IMG/VR virus record: IMGVR_UViG_3300021957_000015
Coordinates: 15,170 to 79,169 of that record
DNA from: a virus
DNA length: 64,000 nucleotides
Direction: 5' to 3' (one strand)
Made by a program: the position numbers and the translations under genes. The notes under the pieces are model-generated. The model ran no database searches. It was not told the origin of the DNA and saw only the letters and a list, made by a program, of their open reading frames with translations. Below, one piece after another: positions 50,808 to 59,108 of this stretch (the stretch's first letter is position 1; every line of letters begins with the position of its first letter).

Positions 50808-51347
50808 ATGAAACATTTACAATTATTTGAAGAATTTCTAAACGAAAAGGCATATAGAATGACAGGTATCTATGCAGCTAAGGGTTTAATAGGTGCTATT
50901 ATGCAGGCCTTTAAACAAGAAATCAAAAAAGTAAAATACGAAGGTATTAATGTAGTAACTCAAGAAGAAGTTAATAAAGAATGGGCTAAATTTGAAGATA
51001 CTGCTAAGAAAATGATTTTAGATCAAGTAGAAAAAGGAGCAGGTGGTATGGAAGGTGTTCTATATGTTACTGCTAATCTTTTTAATGGATTCGCTATAGA
51101 TGAGGTTAATGGTTTAAATTCTGAAGGATCAGATACGTTATACCTTGGTTATGAAGTTGTAATTAATGTAGGTTTCATGGACGATTTTAATGGCAAAAAG
51201 GTTTATAAGAAAATCGATAAGACCGGAATGATGAATTCCCCGCTAGCAAGTAAGAGAGATGTTATTTACGGTGAATACGATTCTGCAGTCGGTAACAACA
51301 ATCTAGAAATTAGAGATTCTGAATACATTCAGATTGACGGAAAATAA
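50808..51347 (+). CDS. Hypothetical protein with capsid-targeting-like N-terminus
   Basis: Starts MKHLQLFEEFLNE. Confidence 0.65.
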   Translation: MKHLQLFEEFLNEKAYRMTGIYAAKGLIGAIMQAFKQEIKKVKYEGINVVTQEEVNKEWAKFEDTAKKMILDQVEKGAGGMEGVLYVTANLFNGFAIDEVNGLNSEGSDTLYLGYEVVINVGFMDDFNGKKVYKKIDKTGMMNSPLASKRDVIYGEYDSAVGNNNLEIRDSEYIQIDGK

Positions 51348-51356
51348 TATTATAAA

Positions 51357-52262
51357 ATGGCAAAGATATTTTACGTAAGAGAAAGATCTGGAGATTATGC
51401 TCAGGTTAATTTTTTTAAAACAGAAAAAGAAGCATTAAACTACGGTATATCTGAATGGCCAGACTTCGATATGTTTGGTGACGAAGAAGATGAAGACGAT
51501 TCATATGACATGGATAATGATACATGGTGGGTTGGAGATTCAATAGACTTTAAGAAAGGCATTTTATTTTCGTTTGAAGAAGGTATGGTTTATGTTCAAG
51601 GAATGGACGATGCCGCTGCAAGAGAATATGTTAAAGAAGAAGTTGGAGAATATGGCGCTGCTATTTTCTTTGATGGTTTCAAAAAAGGAATGTATGGTTA
51701 CTTAGGTAATGGTGCAGACGGTAAAGGTTACAAATGGGACTGGGACGGCATAGACTTAAATGAAAGTTCTAAACCACATTCTTTTAAAAGATTTTTAGAA
51801 AACATTACACCTTCTAATATGGCAGGTATGGGACCAGTTGCTTTACCAGTTTCAGGTGCTGATGGTTCAGGAGATGTGCCTGCCGGACAAGGCGATGCCG
51901 AAGATGAATTTGAAAAGGCAAAAAAAGAGAAAGAGGCTAGAGATAAAAAGAAAGCCAACAACGAATCTTTTGTAAAAAGCTTTGAATCATTTTCATTTGA
52001 TTTTGAAGGCATAGATATTAAAAATCCATTTACAGATGAGACTGCAAGGATGGATGTAGATCCAAAACAGTATTACGGAAAGGAATACGCTAAGTCAGAT
52101 ATTAAAAAGATAGTTGACGCTAGTGAAGAATTTATTAGTAAATATAAAGAATGGAAAGAATATCAACCATTAGATGCAGATGAAGATATGCATGCTGATT
52201 ATGGTGAACATATAAAAGCATCTCTAGATAAATTAACAACATTAGTTAAAAAATTAGGATAA
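51357..52262 (+). CDS. Acidic modular hypothetical protein
   Basis: Internal LNESSKPHSFKRFLE and NESFVKSFESF motifs. Confidence 0.6.
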   Translation: MAKIFYVRERSGDYAQVNFFKTEKEALNYGISEWPDFDMFGDEEDEDDSYDMDNDTWWVGDSIDFKKGILFSFEEGMVYVQGMDDAAAREYVKEEVGEYGAAIFFDGFKKGMYGYLGNGADGKGYKWDWDGIDLNESSKPHSFKRFLENITPSNMAGMGPVALPVSGADGSGDVPAGQGDAEDEFEKAKKEKEARDKKKANNESFVKSFESFSFDFEGIDIKNPFTDETARMDVDPKQYYGKEYAKSDIKKIVDASEEFISKYKEWKEYQPLDADEDMHADYGEHIKASLDKLTTLVKKLG

Positions 52263-52292
52263 TTTAAGTATCATCAAATTAAACTAAATAAG

Positions 52293-52317
52293 AGCCCACT
52301 AGATGTGGGCTTTTTTT
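52293..52317 (+). terminator. Rho-independent terminator
   Basis: AGCCCAC-tagat-GTGGGCT followed by a T run, at the end of the late/cargo gene block. Confidence 0.85.
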
Positions 52318-52336
52318 ATGAAAAAAAGTGAGCCAG

Positions 52337-52370
52337 GATTTTTTTATGTCAAATATTTGTGGTATATTAG
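52337..52370 (+). promoter_or_regulatory. Early promoter, repeat copy 1
   Basis: GATTTTTTTATGTCAAATATTTGTGGTATATTAG; 32/34 identical to 52776-52809; TATATTAG resembles the Bacteroidota -7 element TAnnTTTG. Confidence 0.7.
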
Positions 52371-52376
52371 CAGTAT

Positions 52377-52766
52377 ATGAATGAGTTAAAGTGCAAAAAT
52401 ATAATTGAAGAGGTTTACGATGATATAAAAAATCATTATGGTAGATCTAAGTATCAACATGAATTCCCAGAAGTTGAACTTCACCATAACATCTATGTTA
52501 GAATAACAGGATGTGAAGAAGCCGAAGGTGATTGTGATCCAGATGCAGAATACGATAGACAAGAAAATAAAATAGTTGTATATTACCCAAAAGCCGAAAA
52601 TAAAGAATGGGTAATCTCAACACTATTGCACGAATATACACATTATTTACAAGACGGAGAAGAGATGCAAAGAATGTATGACGAAGATGGATATGAATAT
52701 GACACTCATCCATTTGAGTTAGAGGCTATCGCTGCAGAAAAAAACTGGAAACTTTTTTTAAAATAA
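52377..52766 (+). CDS. Zincin-like (HExxH) metallopeptidase domain protein
   Basis: TLLHEYTHYLQ...HPFELEA. Confidence 0.7.
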   Translation: MNELKCKNIIEEVYDDIKNHYGRSKYQHEFPEVELHHNIYVRITGCEEAEGDCDPDAEYDRQENKIVVYYPKAENKEWVISTLLHEYTHYLQDGEEMQRMYDEDGYEYDTHPFELEAIAAEKNWKLFLK

Positions 52767-52775
52767 GTCACTCCA

Positions 52776-52809
52776 GATTTTTTTATGTCATTTATTTGTG
52801 GTATATTAG
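52776..52809 (+). promoter_or_regulatory. Early promoter, repeat copy 2
   Basis: GATTTTTTTATGTCATTTATTTGTGGTATATTAG. Confidence 0.7.
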
Positions 52810-52834
52810 TAGAGTAATTAAAAGAGTAATAGAA

Positions 52835-53011
52835 ATGAAAAAAATCAAAGCAAAATTATTGACTTACTTATTCACCGATTGGGTAAAGTCAGAAACTGAC
52901 GTTGAAACGTTGATCATGACAAGAAACATGATAGAACAGCGTAAGAATAAAATAACTGGCCACACTCCAGTTTTGGGTTTTAGAATGCATGGAACAACTA
53001 ATATTAAATAA
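52835..53011 (+). CDS. Small hypothetical early protein
   Basis: Start moved to the ATG of MKKIKAK because the track start at 52796 lies inside the promoter. Confidence 0.6.
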   Translation: MKKIKAKLLTYLFTDWVKSETDVETLIMTRNMIEQRKNKITGHTPVLGFRMHGTTNIK

Positions 53012-53012
53012 T

Positions 53013-53273
53013 ATGAACTATAAAAGATTTAACAGACACGATTGCTTTACGTCAGAAATGATGACAATGACAATGGACATTATTAAAGCAACCGAAGACG
53101 AGTCACTAAAAAATATGGCATATGGGCTTTTTGATGGATATTTATACGATAATCTATTGCCTAAAGCAATTGAAGTCGGTGTAAGTAAAGAAATAGAAAA
53201 TAAAATCAAAGGTCTAAAAAAAGCCATTGAAATGTATATTCAATTAACAGGTAATACAGTGACATATGTATAG
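53013..53273 (+). CDS. Small hypothetical early protein
   Basis: ATG of MNYKRF follows the previous stop. Confidence 0.6.
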   Translation: MNYKRFNRHDCFTSEMMTMTMDIIKATEDESLKNMAYGLFDGYLYDNLLPKAIEVGVSKEIENKIKGLKKAIEMYIQLTGNTVTYV

Positions 53274-53430
53274 AACTACATTTTTTCTAAGAAGAGAAGA
53301 CGAATATTCTCCAGAAATTATTTACGCAGTAAAACACTGCAAAAGACCCGCAGCAACAAAAGCATATAAAAATCTTATTAAAATGTTTAATAAGGGTGAA
53401 ATTGCAGGGTATGGTTGGAAACGAAACTAA
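53266..53430 (+). CDS. Small hypothetical protein (54 aa), not in the ORF track
   Basis: MYRTTFFLRREDEYSPEIIYAVKHCKRPAATKAYKNLIKMFNKGEIAGYGWKRN fills the gap exactly. Confidence 0.6.
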   Translation: MYRTTFFLRREDEYSPEIIYAVKHCKRPAATKAYKNLIKMFNKGEIAGYGWKRN

Positions 53431-53441
53431 AATTATATAAT

Positions 53442-53744
53442 ATGAATACATTTGATAAAATTAAAATAGTTAAAGAAGCTGTACAAAAATTCTTCGATGA
53501 TAGTGCAGAACAATTTATACACGACAATGATATTATTTCTTGGGAAGAAAATCACATTGTCACAACAGGTACACAGATCATGTGTAAAAAATGGAATGTC
53601 AACGACATGGGAGGCGGATTTGTCCAATCAGTTATAGACAATGATTTAAGCAAAACAATGGCCTCAGCTGACAACATCAATATGCACGCTGTCAGATTCT
53701 ACTGTGCTATGATTTATAACTTATCTAAACCTAAACGTATATAA
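53442..53744 (+). CDS. Hypothetical protein
   Basis: ATG of MNTFDKI; contains GGGFVQSVIDNDL...ADNIN. Confidence 0.65.
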   Translation: MNTFDKIKIVKEAVQKFFDDSAEQFIHDNDIISWEENHIVTTGTQIMCKKWNVNDMGGGFVQSVIDNDLSKTMASADNINMHAVRFYCAMIYNLSKPKRI

Positions 53745-53810
53745 TGTTAGGAAACTAACACTTTGCAGCCATCAGCGCGAGTGCAGCACTAAAAGAGTCG
53801 AATAAATAAT

Positions 53811-53837
53811 TAAACAAATTATACTTTGTGTGTATAA
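53811..53837 (+). promoter_or_regulatory. (T)AAAC-N17-TATAA promoter motif heading the modification cluster
   Basis: TAAAC aaattatactttgtgtg TATAA. Confidence 0.55.
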
Positions 53838-53853
53838 TAACTAAACGTTTTAT

Positions 53854-54162
53854 ATGTCTAAAAAGAAAACCAACATCTTATCTGAAGCTAACGAAATAGT
53901 AAACAACCGCTCAGAAGAAAAATCACGTCAATATGGACCATTCGAAGAAGGTATGCGAAGAGCTGCTATGATTTTCAATGGCATGACAGGTAAAGAATTA
54001 AACGGCTCAGATATGTATGCTGCGCTTGTAGCACTTAAATTAAGTCGACACTCTTATAATTATAAACAAGACAATCTATTAGATGCAGTTGCATATTTAG
54101 GCGCATTAGATAACTATGTTGAAAAACATGGCTATAAAGACACTGAAGATCCAATAAAATAA
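53854..54162 (+). CDS. DUF6378-like all-alpha nucleotide pyrophosphohydrolase-related protein
   Basis: ILSEANEIVNNR...QYG...ALKLSR...DNLLDAVAY. Confidence 0.7.
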   Translation: MSKKKTNILSEANEIVNNRSEEKSRQYGPFEEGMRRAAMIFNGMTGKELNGSDMYAALVALKLSRHSYNYKQDNLLDAVAYLGALDNYVEKHGYKDTEDPIK

Positions 54163-54165
54163 ATT

Positions 54166-55227
54166 ATGACAGAACTAACATTTTTTACAGAAAAGGAAAC
54201 CGATAAGTCGATTAAAGTCGGCATTTGTGCATTGGTTGGTAAAATTAGCCCAAAAATATCATCACACAAAGGTGCTTGGGCCCACATGCTATTAAATCAA
54301 TTACAAAACGCTGGTTTTGAAAACGCAGAAGTAATCACATCTAACCAAACAGATTGGAATGACTATGACGCAATTCTAATTGATCACGGTATGGAATTCA
54401 AAGGTACCTTTAATATATTTGGAGGATCTAATGATGATTTATATCACCAACTAATGAGATTATTTACACCAGTCAAAATGTATTCTTTACATCATGACAT
54501 GCCAGATATTGGTAACTTAATTAAAACTAGACTAAAAGCGGGTACAGATTTATTTAAAACACTTGAATCTAGAATTGAAGAAGCTACAGAAATCTGTATG
54601 GAAATACAAAAGATTGATCATATTGAAAAAACTGAAAAGTTATGCTTTGGTGATAGTCACTCTTTTGGAATGTATCAAGCGGGATATATGTGTCAAAGAC
54701 ACGATGGATTAACAATGCATGGCGCACTTAAGCGTGGTTTACAAAGTTATGTTTATCCATGGATAAATGAACTTACAGTTTATATGGGTAATATTGATGT
54801 TCGACATCACTTAATGCGTCAGTCAAATCCAAGCGCTGCAGTCAAGGTACTCATAAAAAGATATGAAGAAGAACTTATTGGATTAGGTATTAATAATATT
54901 GAAATTGTAAATGTTTTACCTATTGAAAACGAAAGTAGACCTTTACCAAAAACAGGGTACTATAAAGGAACACCATTTGCTGGGACTTGGAATGAACGTA
55001 CAGCATTAGTTAAAGAAATTAATGCTGGAATAGAAGACATGGCACAAAGAAATAACTGGAAGGTTTATAAACATTCAGAAGTTTATTTTAATGCCAAAGG
55101 CGAACTAACTTTCGATGTAATGGAAAAACCTAAATCCGTCCACATATCTAGAGAATACTATAGATGGAATATGGAAAAAAACGAAGCAAATAAAAATTTA
55201 ATTAAACAAACACTATCTTTATTTTAA
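54166..55227 (+). CDS. Uncharacterised protein of the modification cluster with SGNH-like C-terminal domain
   Basis: FGDSHS, GNIDVRHH and SVHIS motifs. Confidence 0.5.
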   Translation: MTELTFFTEKETDKSIKVGICALVGKISPKISSHKGAWAHMLLNQLQNAGFENAEVITSNQTDWNDYDAILIDHGMEFKGTFNIFGGSNDDLYHQLMRLFTPVKMYSLHHDMPDIGNLIKTRLKAGTDLFKTLESRIEEATEICMEIQKIDHIEKTEKLCFGDSHSFGMYQAGYMCQRHDGLTMHGALKRGLQSYVYPWINELTVYMGNIDVRHHLMRQSNPSAAVKVLIKRYEEELIGLGINNIEIVNVLPIENESRPLPKTGYYKGTPFAGTWNERTALVKEINAGIEDMAQRNNWKVYKHSEVYFNAKGELTFDVMEKPKSVHISREYYRWNMEKNEANKNLIKQTLSLF

Positions 55228-55376
55228 TGAAAGCAGACGAAAAATTCAACATAGAAATTACCTACAATGGATCAGGTAAAACCGAAACAATAGTAATAGA
55301 AACTAAAGATATAGAGTGGTCAATGACACAGTTTCAAAGAAATAGACCATCATTTAATTGGAAAATTATAGATTAA
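55227..55376 (+). CDS. Small hypothetical protein (49 aa), not in the ORF track
   Basis: MKADEKFNIEITYNGSGKTETIVIETKDIEWSMTQFQRNRPSFNWKIID; TAATG-coupled to the upstream gene, stop 1 nt before the next ATG. Confidence 0.65.
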   Translation: MKADEKFNIEITYNGSGKTETIVIETKDIEWSMTQFQRNRPSFNWKIID

Positions 55377-55377
55377 C

Positions 55378-56586
55378 ATGCAAATAACAACGACTAAGTA
55401 TTATGATGAGTTCTTAAGATATTTTGAGCTAGCCAAAAAACAACAAGATCTAAGTAATCTTGGTCATGTTCCACATGCAGAATCAAAATTAGACGACGAA
55501 CTAATGCATCACATAGAATTATATGATGTAGTAGAACGTAAATACGCTGGATTTTCTCAAATAATCAACGACTGTTTTTATGGTTGGAATTCAGATCATC
55601 CATATTGGTCAAGAATGGAAGCAGGATTATACACTCCACAACGAATGGAAGTGGCTACTAATTGGAATTCTAAAAGAGACGAATTTGGTCTAGAAGAATG
55701 GCTTTATATTTTTATACTTCATAGGGTATGTGGATCTGCTATTAATTATGCAACCAAACCATCAGGATATCACAACACTATTTTATTCAATTTACATGAA
55801 TGTGAAACTATAGAAGAAATGTGTGAAGTTATTAAACATCACCCAACACCGTTTTACACATCAGTCGGATATCAATTTCCAGCATTTCCAAAACCGCCAA
55901 AACCCGAAGTTAACGAAGATTCATTTGTCGGAATGGCAAACTTTAGCAAACCTGAATATGTTTACAAAAGAGGTGGAGATTATTTCTTATGTGAATTTGC
56001 GCCTAGAATGGCAAGAGATATGGCAAATTTCCTAAGAACTGATGGTAAAAAAGACTTAAGAGAATTAGGTGAGTGGATGTTTAAATGGAATGCTGATAAT
56101 GGTCTAAGAGCATATAGATTTCAATATGCTGCAGTTATTGCAGATGTATGTGATTGGTACCCTGAATTTATGAATAGAGAATCAATGTTCTATTATGGTA
56201 CTAACGCAGTAGAATGTATTGGTTATCTTGCAGATCCTGTAGAAAAGAAAGGTAAGAAGTCAGAAGAATTTTTAGATGCAGTAATGACAAAGATTTATGA
56301 AGATACAGGCTCACTTCCATATAATGCAGAAGATGTAGCATGTGACTTTATTAGGTGGATAGAAAACTATCTAAGACCCGGAAAGGATTATGCTCACATA
56401 AATATGGATACATTATGGAATTCTTCTTCGATTACAGATCATCCATACGGTAGACAAAAAGCTATGTTGGATTTAGGTTTAGTAGAAACGTTCAATGGCA
56501 TGACTCAATTTCCATCGGACGACAAGGTATTACAAGGAGCAGGAGTCTCTGTTGAAGAGTATAAAAAAATGGTAGCAAAAATATGA
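55378..56586 (+). CDS. Putative DNA base hypermodification enzyme (aGPT-Pplase/amino acid:DNA transferase-like)
   Basis: YDVVERKYAGF, FILHRVCGS, FQYAAVIAD, YYGTNA and AEDVACDFIRW fit the glycosylase-like aGPT-Pplase fold; cluster context supports this. Confidence 0.6.
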   Translation: MQITTTKYYDEFLRYFELAKKQQDLSNLGHVPHAESKLDDELMHHIELYDVVERKYAGFSQIINDCFYGWNSDHPYWSRMEAGLYTPQRMEVATNWNSKRDEFGLEEWLYIFILHRVCGSAINYATKPSGYHNTILFNLHECETIEEMCEVIKHHPTPFYTSVGYQFPAFPKPPKPEVNEDSFVGMANFSKPEYVYKRGGDYFLCEFAPRMARDMANFLRTDGKKDLRELGEWMFKWNADNGLRAYRFQYAAVIADVCDWYPEFMNRESMFYYGTNAVECIGYLADPVEKKGKKSEEFLDAVMTKIYEDTGSLPYNAEDVACDFIRWIENYLRPGKDYAHINMDTLWNSSSITDHPYGRQKAMLDLGLVETFNGMTQFPSDDKVLQGAGVSVEEYKKMVAKI

Positions 56587-57689
56587 GTGAAGAAGTAAAA
56601 GAAATCAAAAAAGAAATTAAGCAAGCACCCGATCAAGGTGTTTTGTTTACATTTGATGATGATACCACACAAGAGTACAGTAACATCACTTATGATGGAA
56701 CTAATACAAATATAAAATTTAAAAAGAAAAAACCTGCAGAAAGTTGGATGAAAGATTGGTCAGAAGAATTGAGATTAGCTAAATTCTTTGAATTCTGCCA
56801 TGAGTTTGATAAACGAGAAGATAGATTACTATTAGAAGATTATCAAATATTTTCCCATAGATTACACTGGCATGAACATCCTTATTGTTACATGATGCAA
56901 CATGAGACAGATCTAGAAAAATTACTTTATTATACTATTGTGTTTTCATTCTCTAACGAACATTGGGGAACCATTACTAAATTAATTAATCAAGGTGAAG
57001 AAAAGACTAGGGCACATTTTGTAGAAAATAGACATGCTAGAAATGATTTATTTCAGATCTATTATCCTAAAGGTACAATAGTTAAAGACTGGTTAATTGA
57101 AGGACCTAAAAAAGCAGCAAAAGATATGGCTCACATTCTAGAAGATTTAGAAAGACCATACACAATGATGGAGTTTGCTAAATTATTAGAAGCTTATTTT
57201 AAAGAACATCAAAACTTTAGATCACCTCTATATCCATGCAAAAACACAGCAAGATATGTGGCCATGAGCAGACCAGATCTTGTTGATCCTGAATCTATTT
57301 TATTCGGAGGTACTGGACATTTTGATGGTATGCAACAGATATTTGGTGGAGTTAATCTTAATGGCAAAGTAAAATATTCTATTGACTCAGATGGACAATT
57401 TATTGCAGAGAATAAACATGCTGAAGAATGGCTAAGACAAATGGATGTACTTGTAAATCATCCAAATAATCCAATGGAAAGTCAAAAGTATTTAAACGTA
57501 GAAGATAAAACATGTTTCTTCTATAAACACATTGCAATTAGCCATGGAATAAAATCACCAACAAAAAGAATTCCATATACGTGGATATTTGATGGTAAAT
57601 TTAATTTAGCTAAGAATCCAGATAAAGAAATTAATGTTAACGCAGATACTACTCGACATTTATGGGGTAGAGATTATCCAAACGAATAA
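56583..57689 (+). CDS. Second aGPT-Pplase-like/glycosylase-fold protein
   Basis: FFEFCHEFDKRED, FSHRLHW, FGGTG and VEDKTCFFYK parallel the E-D-x-x-C motif of the upstream gene. Confidence 0.5.
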   Translation: MSEEVKEIKKEIKQAPDQGVLFTFDDDTTQEYSNITYDGTNTNIKFKKKKPAESWMKDWSEELRLAKFFEFCHEFDKREDRLLLEDYQIFSHRLHWHEHPYCYMMQHETDLEKLLYYTIVFSFSNEHWGTITKLINQGEEKTRAHFVENRHARNDLFQIYYPKGTIVKDWLIEGPKKAAKDMAHILEDLERPYTMMEFAKLLEAYFKEHQNFRSPLYPCKNTARYVAMSRPDLVDPESILFGGTGHFDGMQQIFGGVNLNGKVKYSIDSDGQFIAENKHAEEWLRQMDVLVNHPNNPMESQKYLNVEDKTCFFYKHIAISHGIKSPTKRIPYTWIFDGKFNLAKNPDKEINVNADTTRHLWGRDYPNE

Positions 57690-57692
57690 AAT

Positions 57693-58589
57693 ATGGCACA
57701 CGATAAACACACAACAAGTTCAATGAATCAAGATTTAAATCTTATGATGCCTAATAGACAAGCATGGTTAGATTTAGCAGGAGATTGGCAAGATCCACTA
57801 GATGATCCAATTATTATGAATCATGAAGGATTTAATGTAGTAAGAGATGATATGATGGGATTTGGATCTAAATGTAGATTTGGAGATATCTTAGTACAAA
57901 AAGCACCAACAGATACGCTAGTATATGTGCAGCCTAGATTTGGATTCGCAGGAATTTCTCTTGCATACTTAGCAAAAAAATACAATAAGAAATTAGTATT
58001 ATTTATGCCATCTGGTAAAGTAATATCAGATCATCAAGCAATTTGTATTGAAAGAGGTGCTATTGCTAAATTTAGAAGAATAGCGGCAATGCCTAATTTA
58101 AATAGAATTGCAAAACAATGGGCAGAAGATAACAATGCTACATTTATTCCTTTAGGACTTAAACATGAATTAGTAACTGCTGCAGCGGTAAAAGTTGCAT
58201 ATGATATAGCAGAAAAACATGGATATCCAGAAGAAGTATGGTCGGCAATATCAACTGGAGTTTTACAACGCTCTTTACAAATTGCATGGCCAGATGCTGA
58301 GTTTAATGCAGTTGCAGTTTCTAGAAATATTCAAAATGGTGAATTAGGTATAGCTAAAGTTTGGTCTCATCCAAAGGCATTTGCCTCAGATGTAAAACCA
58401 GAATTTGCTCCCCCATTCCCATCAGCAATGAACTATGATGCAAAAGCATGGGAGTTTATGGTAAAACATGGAAATCAAGGAGCTTGGTTCTGGAATGTAG
58501 GAGGACAGCCTTACCCAGAATCAGAAGAAACTAAAGAAAAAACAAATTCAAAAAGAGAATGGGGAGAAGTTTTAGAAATGGACCTATAA
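57693..58589 (+). CDS. PLP-dependent enzyme, fold type II (tryptophan synthase beta-like)
   Basis: VVRDD...GSKCR (PLP lysine), GFAGISLAY, SAISTGVL, NYDAKAW, FWNVG. Confidence 0.8.
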   Translation: MAHDKHTTSSMNQDLNLMMPNRQAWLDLAGDWQDPLDDPIIMNHEGFNVVRDDMMGFGSKCRFGDILVQKAPTDTLVYVQPRFGFAGISLAYLAKKYNKKLVLFMPSGKVISDHQAICIERGAIAKFRRIAAMPNLNRIAKQWAEDNNATFIPLGLKHELVTAAAVKVAYDIAEKHGYPEEVWSAISTGVLQRSLQIAWPDAEFNAVAVSRNIQNGELGIAKVWSHPKAFASDVKPEFAPPFPSAMNYDAKAWEFMVKHGNQGAWFWNVGGQPYPESEETKEKTNSKREWGEVLEMDL

Positions 58590-58594
58590 AAACT

Positions 58595-58621
58595 GAAACT
58601 ATCTCATTAAAGATCATAGAA
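58595..58621 (+). promoter_or_regulatory. GAAAC-N17-TAGAA promoter motif
   Basis: GAAAC tatctcattaaagatca TAGAA. Confidence 0.5.
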
Positions 58622-58640
58622 ATAATATACAAAAAAAATC

Positions 58641-59108
58641 ATGGCGAATATAGACAACGAATGTAAAGACTTAGAAGTAAAAGACTTCTACGCAGAATCA
58701 ACAACGCACTTAGAAGACATTATGTCTCATCAAAAAAACATGCAAGAACAAACTTACGGTTTTAACTTTGAAGAAATGTCATTACGAGATGTAATGAATT
58801 TTTGGCATTGTAATACGCATGCTGTAATTGATGAAATTCACGAAATGACAGATGCTCTTGGTGGAATTAAAGACGGAAGTGGAAATGCAGTATGGAAATA
58901 CTGGAAGAAAGACTTCTCAACATTTGATAATAAGAAAGTTTCTGATTTATCTGAAGATGATAAAAAAGAACTATATATGGAATGGGTAGATATTCTACAC
59001 TTCTTTATTAATTATGCCGCGTCCATAGGCCTTGACGCAAAGACCGCTTACAACTACTATTTTGCAAAAGCAGAAGAGAATGTTCAACGTCAAAAAAGAG
59101 GCTATTAA
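58641..59108 (+). CDS. Dimeric all-alpha dUTPase/dCTPase (T4 gp56-like)
   Basis: DEIHEM, WKYWK, EWVDILHFF, K..EN..RQKRGY. Confidence 0.85.
   Translation: MANIDNECKDLEVKDFYAESTTHLEDIMSHQKNMQEQTYGFNFEEMSLRDVMNFWHCNTHAVIDEIHEMTDALGGIKDGSGNAVWKYWKKDFSTFDNKKVSDLSEDDKKELYMEWVDILHFFINYAASIGLDAKTAYNYYFAKAEENVQRQKRGY

Noticed and set aside
53745-53802. SAM-II/SAM-V riboswitch or twister ribozyme
   Set aside because: Only fragments resemble them (GCACTAAAA, TGCAGCC); the required pairings and conserved cores are missing
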